From NCBI GenBank assembly GCA_964500985.1, contig CAZCRB010000002.1, positions 36 to 64,035 of the forward strand: a stretch of 64,000 nucleotides of DNA, given 5' to 3'. Both the position numbers and the translations under genes were made by a program. The stretch's first letter is position 1; each line of letters begins with the position of its first letter. Source of the DNA: an uncultured Eubacteriales bacterium (GTDB lineage Bacteria > Actinomycetota > Coriobacteriia > Anaerosomatales > PHET01). Of this stretch, positions 47,402 through 56,192 are shown piece after piece. The notes beneath the pieces were generated by a model. That model made no database searches. It was not told the DNA's origin and was given only the letters and a program-made list of their open reading frames with translations.

Positions 47402-50400
47402 CTACATCTTCTCGAGTCGGCAGAGACAGGCCTTGAACTCAGGGATCGTCGTGTTCGCGTCCATCGCGTCGATGGTCAGGTCGTTCGCCCGCGAACCGGT
47501 CGACAGACCCTGCTCGCCCCAGTGCCACGGAATTGCCACGACACCCTGGGCCACACGCTGGTTGGACTGGATTCCCACGCCGACACGGGCGACGAAGCCC
47601 TTGCCGTAGTTGTCGAGCGCGTTGACGACGCCCTGGGCGTTGGTGTTGCCGTCGGTGCGGGCGGTGACGACCTTGACGTAGTCGCCATCCGCGATGCCGA
47701 GCAGGCGTGCGTCGACGTTGTTGAGCTCGATCCACGGCTCCGGCTCGGCCTCGACGTTCCACCAGTTGTTACGGGTGATGGGGCCGCCCTGGAAGTGCTC
47801 GACGCACCGGATGGTGGTCAGCACCAGCGGGTACTTGCTCGGCTTACCGATGGTCGTGCCGTCGTAGATCAGGTTCAGAGGACCGGCAGCCTGGATAGCG
47901 GTGCTATCGGCGCTGTTGTAGCCCCAGACCAGATCGCCGAGGTCATCGGCGCGCGGAGTCTCGTACGGCTCGGTGTGCGCCGGGAAGCGACCGGGCTCGA
48001 CGTGGATCGCCGGAGCGGTCCCGTTTGCGAGATACGGCTTGTCGGCGAGCACGTGCGAAGTCGGCGCAAGGATCGTGCGGTACCAACGCGAGTAGTTGTA
48101 GATCGTCGTGCCGGTGGGAGCCCACGCGCTCTGGCCCTTCGGGGAGAAGAGGCGCACGCACGAGTCCGGACCCATGAAGAAGTCCGACTGGTCACCGACG
48201 ACTTCGGCGTTGTTGTACAGCACGCGGCGGTTGACGAGCCACGAGTAGCCCCACTTGTGGGAAGCGAGGGTGCCGTACGGATCCTGGCGGTCACGGCTCT
48301 TGGAGCGGTTCGAGACTTCCCAGGTGCTGTAGGCGCCGTAGAGGCGACCCATGCCCTTGGCGGTGTCGTAGCCCTCCGTGTAGATCCAGATCGTACCGCC
48401 GGCAGAGACGCTGCTCGTGTACTCGCGGAACACCATCTCAGCGACGAACTCGGAGCCCTGGACCTTGGTTGAGGTCGCGGGGTTGAGCGCGGCGTAGGTG
48501 GTGCCGGCGCCGGTCCACGCACCAGGCGTGGCGTAGTCGATCGTCAGGCCGGTCGTGTCGCTGCCTGCCGCGGTGAACGCAACCGCGCCACCGGGAGTCC
48601 AACCGTACGGCGTGCCGTAGAGGTTGGCGTAGGCGGCCTTGGAAGCCCAGCCCTGGACGGACTCGATGTGAGCGAAGCAGTCAGCGTCGTTGAGCGCCTT
48701 GGCGAACCGGAGCAAGAGCTCGTTGTCGTCCTTGCTGTTGCCCTTGGGGTCAACGGCCTTGTAGCGCCACTGCAGGGTACGACCGGAGTTCGTGGCCGCG
48801 CCCGCCTTCTCGACGTGGGCCGCCGACGGGATCAGGTACGTGACACCCGTGCACTTGCGGGACACCGCAGCGGTCTCGTTCATGAACATGTCGACGCAGA
48901 CGAGCGTGTCGAGGTTGTAGAGCCCCTCGCGGACCTTCGCCTGGTTCGGCTCGGTGACGGCGGGGTTCTGTCCCCACACGACGAGCGACTGGATGCGGGT
49001 CGCGTCGGTGTGCGTCATGTACCTGAACATCTTGATGTGGTTGAAGCCGTTGCCCTTGGGCCACAACGAGTACGCCTTGTCCACGATGGCGCGCCGTGCG
49101 GCGAGCGTGGTGGCGCTGGTCGCAGCGGAGTATCCGCCGAACCACTTGAGCGTCATGTTGTAGAACCCGCGCTGTTGCAGCTGCATGGCGCCCGTGTTGT
49201 AGGCGTCGTCGTAGCTGTTGTCCATCTTGGAACGCACGGTGCCGCTGAAGTCAGTGGTCCCGGTGGTTCCGGACAGAGGCAGGCCCCACAGCCCGTCCAT
49301 GTACTTGCCGAACGCCTTGTTGGTGTCCGTACCGTCCACGGCCGTGACCTGGGTGCCCGGGTTGCCCGAGTAGCCGGGGATGTTGCCGTAGAGCAGGCCC
49401 ATGTCCGTCGAACCCTGGACATTGTGGATGCCGCGCAGCGCGTTGATGCCGCCGCCGGCGCGTCCCGTGTTGCCCATCATCGACTGCAGGTTGGCCATTG
49501 CCTTGACGTTCTGCGCACCGTAGGTGTGCTGCGTCAGACCCATGGCGTACAGGATCGTCGTGGCGCGGTAGCCGGCCTGCGGTGCCTGGTCGGTATCGAC
49601 CGTGTAGGTGACGAGAACCTTGTCGCCTGCGTTGATGCCGCCCGCGACGGCGACGCGCTTGAGCGTGCCGAGCGAACGCGAGTTGGTACCGGCGACCACG
49701 GTGTAATGCGTACCGGCCGTGTAGGTGGTCAGACCATCAAGGCTCTTGACCGAGGCAACGGACAGGTTCCAGCCCCACATCGGCACCGCGTCAGGAACGC
49801 CGGCGGTGTCGGTCAGGCGCACCACGCGGTCGGTGAACGTGACGTTCGACGACACGGAGGAGCAGCGGCTGTTCTGGATGATCGCGTCACCGACGAGCGC
49901 GATGTCGGCGACCGTGCAGCCGCAGATGTCGGCAACGACGGTGTCACTGTAGGCGGCAAGGTGCTGCTTCATGCGCGAGAACACCGTGCCGGCGGCGTCA
50001 CACGCGGCGGCCTTCTTGGGGAAGTTCGAGATCAGCAGGTTGTTGGTCTCGGTGCCCAAGGGGGTTCCGCCGGTGGTGGTGACGGTACCGCGATCGTAGT
50101 CCGTGCCGTTGAGCATGAACCGCGCGTCGGTGTACTTGGAGCTGCCCGCCACGGTGGCGACCTGCGTGCTCGCGTGCGTTGCGTCGCCGTCCGTGAAGAA
50201 CGTGCCGTTGCCGCTCTGGTTCAGGTACGCCCAGTACTCGGTCTTCGTGGCGGCGGGGATCTCGGTGCCGTCAGCGAAGTACGTCGTCTGGTCGGTCCGC
50301 ATCTTCTCGATGATGTAGGCCATCACGCCGTTGGCCAACGCGATGTCGGTTCCGGGACGGATGCGGACGTAGTCATCGGCCTGCAGCGCGGTGCGCGTCT

Positions 50401-51283
50401 TGCGGGGGTCGATGACGATGAAGCGCGCAGGCTTCTTGTTGGCACGGTCACCCGAGAAGTACTGCTTGGGGAAGCGTGCGCGGTTGACGTGCGCCATGCA
50501 CGCCGGGTGGTTCTCAGTGGGGTTGGCACCCCACGCGATAACGAGCGAAGCATTGGCGATGTCCGCCCAATGGTTCGTCATCGCGCCTCGTCCGAATGCG
50601 GCGGCCAGACCGGCCACCGTGGACGAGTGTCATATACGGGCCTGATGCTCGACGTTGCTGGTACCGAAGTTCGCGATGATCTTGCGGTACAGGTAGTTCG
50701 ACTCGTTGTTCATGTGCGAACTACCGAGGAACGCAACGGTCTTGCTGTTGTACTTCATCGAGCCCGGCACCCAGTTGGTGGCGTCGGCGTCACGCGCCGT
50801 CTTGAGGCGAGTGGCGATATCGGCCAGCGCGGTGTCGATCGGCACGGCGGACCAAGGGCCATCGCCGGTGCGCTTGTACGCGATCGGGTTGCTGGTGCCG
50901 TCGGCCGCGAACACGTTGTCGACCGGGTGCGTGCCCGTGAACGCGCCGATACGGCGCGGGTTGTTCACGAGCTGGAGCGCCCCTGCGCCCTTGGCACACA
51001 GGCCGCCCGAGTTCATGGGCGACTCGAAGTCACCGTAGACGTCTACAACGACCGTCGGGTCGGATTTCTTGACGACGACGCGCTGCCCGCAGCTTGCGGA
51101 GCAGTACGGGCACGTCGTCGTGGTGATCTGGTAGTCAGCTGAGTTCTCGTACGCGGACGCCTTTTCAGGATCGTACGCGAACTCGAGGCCGCAACCGACC
51201 ACCGCGGTGGCAGCTGCGGCGGTTTTGATGAAGTCACGCCTGGTGACCCCACCAACCGGCTGCCCGGTGTCCCTAGTTGCCAT
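47402..51283 (-). CDS. fdhA: Selenocysteine-containing Mo/W formate dehydrogenase alpha subunit (Tat-exported, 1293 aa, Sec218)
   Basis: ORFs 50630..51283 and 47402..50617 are in frame across TGA 50632-50630 in EHQARI-U-HSSTVAGLAAAFGRGAMTNHW. Tat motif TRRDF; CPYC..C..LCAKG; ALRGIHNVQG; EFKACLCRLEK. Confidence 0.95.
50587..50627 (-). other. SECIS element of fdhA
   Basis: CTCGTCC-A-CGGTGGCC-GGTCT-GGCCGCCG-CATTC-GGACGAG directly after the UGA; GGUCU loop as in the fdhF-type SECIS. Confidence 0.88.
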
Positions 51284-51426
51284 ACCTCGTTCCCTTCCGA
51301 GTCATGGACATGGCATGTATGGCTTGCGAGAAAACTGAGCTCCCACCCCTCACCGGGGCGTTGCTCGGCGCCGGCCTGAGCCAGCCCTCCTTTCCGTGCA
51401 GTGTGGTGCCGTGCCTGCGGGAGCGG

Positions 51427-51480
51427 ACAACAAAAAGACCGGCATCCGAGACAGCCGTAGGCCGTACCCATGCTCCGGTC
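51427..51480 (-). terminator. Leader (attenuator) terminator upstream of fdhA
   Basis: GACCGG..CCGGTC stem followed by TTTTTGTTGT, about 145 nt upstream of the start codon. Confidence 0.6.
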
Positions 51481-51599
51481 GAAGAACACATATGCGGACG
51501 AGCCTCCCTTACCCTGGGTCGTAGCGCGACAACGAGCGGGCCATTGCCGGTGGCTTCCACTCAGGACTCCCCGTTTGCCGGCGAGAAGCCCGTCGCGCC

Positions 51600-51698
51600 G
51601 ATTCTCTTTCCAAGGCGGGAGGCGCCACCGTTTCCAGTGACACCCTATCGGCCCGAGTACCGTGGCAAGACGCGGTAGGTCGCGGGGGCTCGAGAATC
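51600..51698 (-). ncRNA. Molybdenum/tungsten cofactor (Moco/Tuco) riboswitch, P3-less type
   Basis: P1 GATTCTC/GAGAATC; AGGG, P4 with GAAA loop (GTCACTG-GAAA-CGGTGGC), GCCTCCC, TGGAAAG; located in the leader of a molybdopterin enzyme. Confidence 0.82.
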
Positions 51699-51754
51699 GT
51701 CCATATCCTGTTGTATCAAGCGGTCGCACTGCTCGTCGAAGAGACTTCTGTGCC

Positions 51755-51815
51755 TTGTAACACGAGTTACAAGTACCGCACGTTCACCTTACTCTCGGGC
51801 GCAACCCCGCGTCAA
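51755..51815 (-). promoter_or_regulatory. FDH operon promoter with palindromic operator
   Basis: TTGACG (51815-51810) N18 TAAGGT (51791-51786); perfect-arm operator TTGTAACACGAGTTACAA at 51755-51772. Confidence 0.75.
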
Positions 51816-51842
51816 TGGGAGAACACTCACGATTTCTCCACA

Positions 51843-53402
51843 TTACGAGGGGGACGGCTTGGCCCCTTTACCGCTGCCGAGGTACATCGACTTGAACTCC
51901 TCGACGTCGACCACGCGCACGTCGGCGAGCACGCCGATCCTGCGCAGGTCGCGGTCCTCGGTGCCGAGTGCGCGTGCGCGCTGGGCCATGGAGACCACGA
52001 TAGCCTCACGCTGGGCCACATCGAGACGATCGACGAGCGCACGGGCGTCGGACTCGGAGTACTGCTCGAACTCTATGAGCTCGGTCAGCGTGACACCGTC
52101 GACCACCTTGCCCTCGTAGGCCGCGAGGTCCTCTTCCGGTGCCACCAGGCGCAGTCTGCGGCGATCAGCGACCGCGCGGATCTCGCCGGCTGCGGCGAGT
52201 GAGTCGACGAAGTCGGGCGTCACGACGATGCGGACACGGCGGCGCAGGAGCAGCAGCGGGAGGAGGAGCAACGGCGACAGGCACAGCAGCCAGCCGAGCG
52301 GCGTGGTGGGGGCGGCGACCGCAGGCGGCTGCGCGACCGGCCAGCCCCAGACCTGGACCTGGTTGTTGTCGCGGTCGGTCACGTAGATGCGCGCCCCGCT
52401 CACGGCGACGTCGTTGGGATAGTTGAACTGCCCGGGGCCGAAGCCCTGGCTGCCGAACTGCGTGAGCCGCTTGCCGTCGAGGTCGTAGACGTCGACGGTG
52501 TGCGCGACGGCATCGACCGCGTAGAGACGCTGCTTGGCATCGATGGCGATACCGCGCGGTATGCCCGAGGTGTCGACGAAGCGCTTGAACTCGCCCTTCT
52601 CGTCGAACACCTGGACCCGGCGGTTGTCACCGTCGGAGACGAAGATCTCCCCGCGTCGCGAGACGGCCAGGCCGTTGGGGAAGTAGAAGCCGCCGGGAGA
52701 CTCCTCGGCAGACTTGACCTGTACGGTCTTGCCGACGGTCGCCGTGCGGCTGCCGTCTTCACTGAAGATCATCAGCTGGTGCTTGCTGGTGTTGTCCACG
52801 TCGGTGACGCGCAGCGCGCCGGCGCTGTCGAACGTGAGTGCGAGCGGCGTCCAGTCGAGCGTCTCGTTCTTGGGCTCGAACATCTTCTTGAACGCGCCCT
52901 GCGTGCTGAAGATGACGATGTTGCGAAGTCTGCGGTCGGTGACCCACACCTCGTCGCCCTTGACGGCGAGATGCACGGGGCTCTGCAGGTTGCCGTCGGC
53001 CGTCTTGGCGAACGAGCGCACGTAGCGGCCGTTACGGGTGAACGCGCTGATGCGGTTGTGGCCGAAGTCCGCGACGAACACGGTCTGCCCGTCGGTGGAC
53101 ACGCCCACCCCGATCGGGCGATCGAGCGCGCTTGCTCCCTGCCCGGTGATCGAGAAGAGGTACTGCGGCGGGTCGATCATCGCCTCAGGTGCGGCTATGT
53201 CGACGCTGGGCAGTCTGCGGTTCTGGATGAAGTAGTAGGTGGAGTACGCGAGCAACGCCAGGAGCACGACGAGCAGCGACAGCAGCAGGATGCGCTTGCG
53301 CACCTCACGCTTGGTCAACTTCGGCCTCCCCTGTGTGCGGGGAGCCTCCGGCTGCGGCGGAACCTGTGGTGCGTTCGTGGCGGACATCTCGTCAGGAGCC
53401 AT
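51843..53402 (-). CDS. NHL-repeat beta-propeller protein with two TM anchors and a PIN-like tail (copy 2)
   Basis: Same architecture as 40042..41559, including GWLLCLSPLLLLPLLLL and SESDARAL..TEDRDLRR. Confidence 0.85.
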   Translation of the reverse strand: MAPDEMSATNAPQVPPQPEAPRTQGRPKLTKREVRKRILLLSLLVVLLALLAYSTYYFIQNRRLPSVDIAAPEAMIDPPQYLFSITGQGASALDRPIGVGVSTDGQTVFVADFGHNRISAFTRNGRYVRSFAKTADGNLQSPVHLAVKGDEVWVTDRRLRNIVIFSTQGAFKKMFEPKNETLDWTPLALTFDSAGALRVTDVDNTSKHQLMIFSEDGSRTATVGKTVQVKSAEESPGGFYFPNGLAVSRRGEIFVSDGDNRRVQVFDEKGEFKRFVDTSGIPRGIAIDAKQRLYAVDAVAHTVDVYDLDGKRLTQFGSQGFGPGQFNYPNDVAVSGARIYVTDRDNNQVQVWGWPVAQPPAVAAPTTPLGWLLCLSPLLLLPLLLLRRRVRIVVTPDFVDSLAAAGEIRAVADRRRLRLVAPEEDLAAYEGKVVDGVTLTELIEFEQYSESDARALVDRLDVAQREAIVVSMAQRARALGTEDRDLRRIGVLADVRVVDVEEFKSMYLGSGKGAKPSPS

Positions 53403-54396
53403 CGGTCACCCGTTTCAGTCCCGCTTCTGCGTCCTTGTTGCCCGGGTCCGCCGCCAACGCGCGACGGTACGCGAGCGCTGCCGCGTTCAGGTTCTTGCTC
53501 TGTTCGTAGAGCTGGCCCACCGCGAGCAGCGCAGGCGCCGACGCCGGATCGAGCGCTGCGGCGACGCGAGCCTCTACCAGCGCGGCCTTGGGGTCACTCG
53601 CTTTGAGGCTCTGCGCCTTGGCCAGACGCGCGCTGACGGTTCCCAGCTTCGCGAGCGCCTCAGCCGGCTTCTCGGCCTTGGGCGCCGAGTCCGCGGAGGT
53701 GCGGAAGTGCTCGGCTGCGCCCGCGACGTCACCGTCGGCGAGAAGCACGTTGCCGTAGTCGTAGTTGGCCTCGGGCATCTTGGGGTCGAACAGCAGCGTC
53801 GCCTCGAGCTCCTCGCGGTACTCGTCTTCGCTGCCGAGCTCGCGGAAGCAGACGGCGAGCGCGTAGTGGGAGTCGGACGCGTCACGGCGGATGCGGATGG
53901 CCTCCTTGAAGTTGCGCGCGGCCTCCTCGTACTCCTTCTGCTCCATCAACGCGGTGCCCAGATAGAAGTACGCGGTCTCCAGCTCGGCGTTCTGCCGGGT
54001 CATGTCCGTGCCCTGGAGCAGGTCGACGACCTTCTGGAAGTAGTTCTCACCGACCTTGTACTGCTTCTGCTTCAGCGCGATGAACCCGAGACCGGACAGC
54101 GCCGGCGCGTAGTCCTTGCGCACCTTGAGGATCTGCTCGTACTGCGTGGCGGCCTCGCGGTCGCGCCCGGCGACCGAGTAGGTCTGGGCGAGGCGCATAC
54201 GCGTGTCGATATCGTTGGGATTGGCGCGTACCTGCGCGATGAGCCCGCCGATGGCTCGAGCCGCCGGCGTGGAAGCCTCCACCGTGCGATTGCTCTGCCA
54301 TACCGAGTAGCCGAGAAAGACGCCGAGCCCCAGAACGAGGACGGCGACGACCGCGATGGCGGCATCGAGAGGACGTACCGACTTCAGGTCGGGCAC
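53392..54396 (-). CDS. Membrane-anchored TPR protein (copy 2)
   Basis: N-terminal TM; TPR repeats (LLFDPKMPEANYDYG); AAGGAG RBS before GTG 54396. Confidence 0.88.
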   Translation of the reverse strand: MPDLKSVRPLDAAIAVVAVLVLGLGVFLGYSVWQSNRTVEASTPAARAIGGLIAQVRANPNDIDTRMRLAQTYSVAGRDREAATQYEQILKVRKDYAPALSGLGFIALKQKQYKVGENYFQKVVDLLQGTDMTRQNAELETAYFYLGTALMEQKEYEEAARNFKEAIRIRRDASDSHYALAVCFRELGSEDEYREELEATLLFDPKMPEANYDYGNVLLADGDVAGAAEHFRTSADSAPKAEKPAEALAKLGTVSARLAKAQSLKASDPKAALVEARVAAALDPASAPALLAVGQLYEQSKNLNAAALAYRRALAADPGNKDAEAGLKRVTDGS

Positions 54397-54466
54397 GCGA
54401 AGCACTCCTTACCCTGTGAGCGCCGGGCCTGCCGGGGCCCGTGCGGCGCGCATCGTTTCGAGATCG

Positions 54467-54504
54467 AATCTAGCGACGCGCCAACATTGTGTCAATTGTT
54501 ACGA
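54467..54504 (-). promoter_or_regulatory. TPR-NHL (copy 2) promoter with palindromic operator
   Basis: TTGACA (54495-54490) N17 TAGATT (54472-54467); operator TTGTGTCAATTGTTACGA at 54487-54504 covers the -35. Confidence 0.7.
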
Positions 54505-54550
54505 AGTCGCACCGCGACCCCGCGCTTGCCGAACCGAGATCAGTGCCGGA

Positions 54551-56167
54551 TCAGATGTTCAGATCCGAGTGGCACTGGATGCACAGCTCGGCTCCCGGAT
54601 ACGGGGCGATCACCTGGTTCTGGTAGTCGACCGCTCCGTGGCAGCCGTAGCACAAGCGAACATCGTGCCCCGCGTCGGGAAGCCCACCGGTACTGGTCTG
54701 ACCTTCATGCTGCTTGGACGCCCCTGACGTGGTGAACCCGATGTGGCAGTCGTCGCAGGTGTAGGGCTTGCCCTTCTTCTTCGCGACATTGAAATGCACC
54801 GCGTGCTCGGCGAAGCCCTTGTTCTTGAGCTTGGTGGGCTGATTGGTCTTCATCTGCGGATGGCACGGCGTGCAGTTCTCCTTGACGAGCTCGGCTCGCG
54901 ACACCGACGCGTGGTGGCACTTCTGACACGAATCGCGATTCGTGTGGCACACATTGCAGTCCTCGTTGGGAACGCCCGGCGCGGGTTTGTGGTTCTCGAT
55001 CCAGCCGACCGGGTGCGGCATGACCGTCTTGTGGCAGCGCTTGCACGACTTGTCCGTGTGGCACGAACCGCAGGCGCCCTTGCCGTCGAGGAACTTGCCC
55101 CCGTGCTTGGCGCGCCAGTCAGCGCGCTTGTGGTCGGTGGGGATGACCGCGACGCCCGGCGCATTGGGGCTCGTCTTCTTGCCGGTATGGCAGCCGACAC
55201 AGAAGGCCGAAGGGTGACACATGGCGCAGTAGGCGGGGTCCTGGTTTGCGATGACCTTGTGCGTGCCCTTGATGAACCGCTTGGTGTGGTTCGCGGGCGT
55301 CAGGTCGAACTCCTTGGGGTGACACGCTTCGCACTTCTCGGTGGCCACCTGGCCCTGGCCGTTGTGCTGCAGGCCGTGACAGCGGTAGCACGACTGCATG
55401 TCGGGAACGACGACCCGCTCCTCTTTGTGCGCGAAGGTCGGGTGGCACGCCTCGCACGAGTAGTTGCGCTGCAGGTGCGTCGCGTGCGCGAAGATCAGGC
55501 GGCCGGGCGTGATCGCGTCGAGGTCCGGGTGGCAGTAGACGCACTGTGACATCGTGACCGGGCCGTCAGGATAGATCAGGATCGACGGGCCCTTGGGGCG
55601 CTCGCCCACGGTGGGATGATAGATGTTGGGGATCGCCGGGACCGGCGGCACCGACTTGGCGTGGCACTCGTTGCAGTCCTTGGGCGCGTCGTGACACATC
55701 ATGCAGCGGTTCACGCCACCGCGCTTGGCGGCATCCGCGTGCGGGACCTTGGCCCAGTCCTTCGAGTGGGTGGTCGGACGCAGCTCGAACGACGGCGTGT
55801 GGCAGTCTTCGCACTTGCCGGTCGCGAGCTCCCCCTGGGGACCGTGCTGGACGCCGTGGCAGGCGAAGCACACGTCCATGGGAACGCGCTCGGTCACCCC
55901 GTCGCGGTGGGGCATGCGCGAATGGCAGCCGTCGCAACTGATGAGCAGGTGGTTACCGTGGCTGAACGTCAGCCCGGGGACGTTGACGTCGCCCAGATCG
56001 AGATGGCACGGCGCACACTGCGAAGGCGAGATGGGCGCGCCGGTGTCGATGGGCTGATCGGTCGTGGCCGCATCGGTGAAAGCCGCGGGCGCAAGCAGGA
56101 AGGCGGCCGCGAGCACTATCGCGGCCACCCCCCAGAGCACTATCCGTATGTCGTGGCGGCGAATCAC
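54551..56167 (-). CDS. 20-heme cytochrome c
   Basis: N-terminal signal/TM; 20 CxxCH; internal duplication of a six-heme unit. Confidence 0.92.
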   Translation of the reverse strand: MIRRHDIRIVLWGVAAIVLAAAFLLAPAAFTDAATTDQPIDTGAPISPSQCAPCHLDLGDVNVPGLTFSHGNHLLISCDGCHSRMPHRDGVTERVPMDVCFACHGVQHGPQGELATGKCEDCHTPSFELRPTTHSKDWAKVPHADAAKRGGVNRCMMCHDAPKDCNECHAKSVPPVPAIPNIYHPTVGERPKGPSILIYPDGPVTMSQCVYCHPDLDAITPGRLIFAHATHLQRNYSCEACHPTFAHKEERVVVPDMQSCYRCHGLQHNGQGQVATEKCEACHPKEFDLTPANHTKRFIKGTHKVIANQDPAYCAMCHPSAFCVGCHTGKKTSPNAPGVAVIPTDHKRADWRAKHGGKFLDGKGACGSCHTDKSCKRCHKTVMPHPVGWIENHKPAPGVPNEDCNVCHTNRDSCQKCHHASVSRAELVKENCTPCHPQMKTNQPTKLKNKGFAEHAVHFNVAKKKGKPYTCDDCHIGFTTSGASKQHEGQTSTGGLPDAGHDVRLCYGCHGAVDYQNQVIAPYPGAELCIQCHSDLNI

Positions 56168-56192
56168 GAAGTCTGCCGCAGCTCCTTTGTCG

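Noticed and set aside
47402-51283. FDH alpha as a split gene or pseudogene
   Set aside because: The break is a single in-frame TGA at the catalytic Sec position with a SECIS hairpin.
51560-51590. c-di-GMP-I riboswitch suggested by GGCAAAC in the FDH leader
   Set aside because: It lacks the GAAA-capped P2, the GACGCAAAGC segment and the tetraloop receptor.
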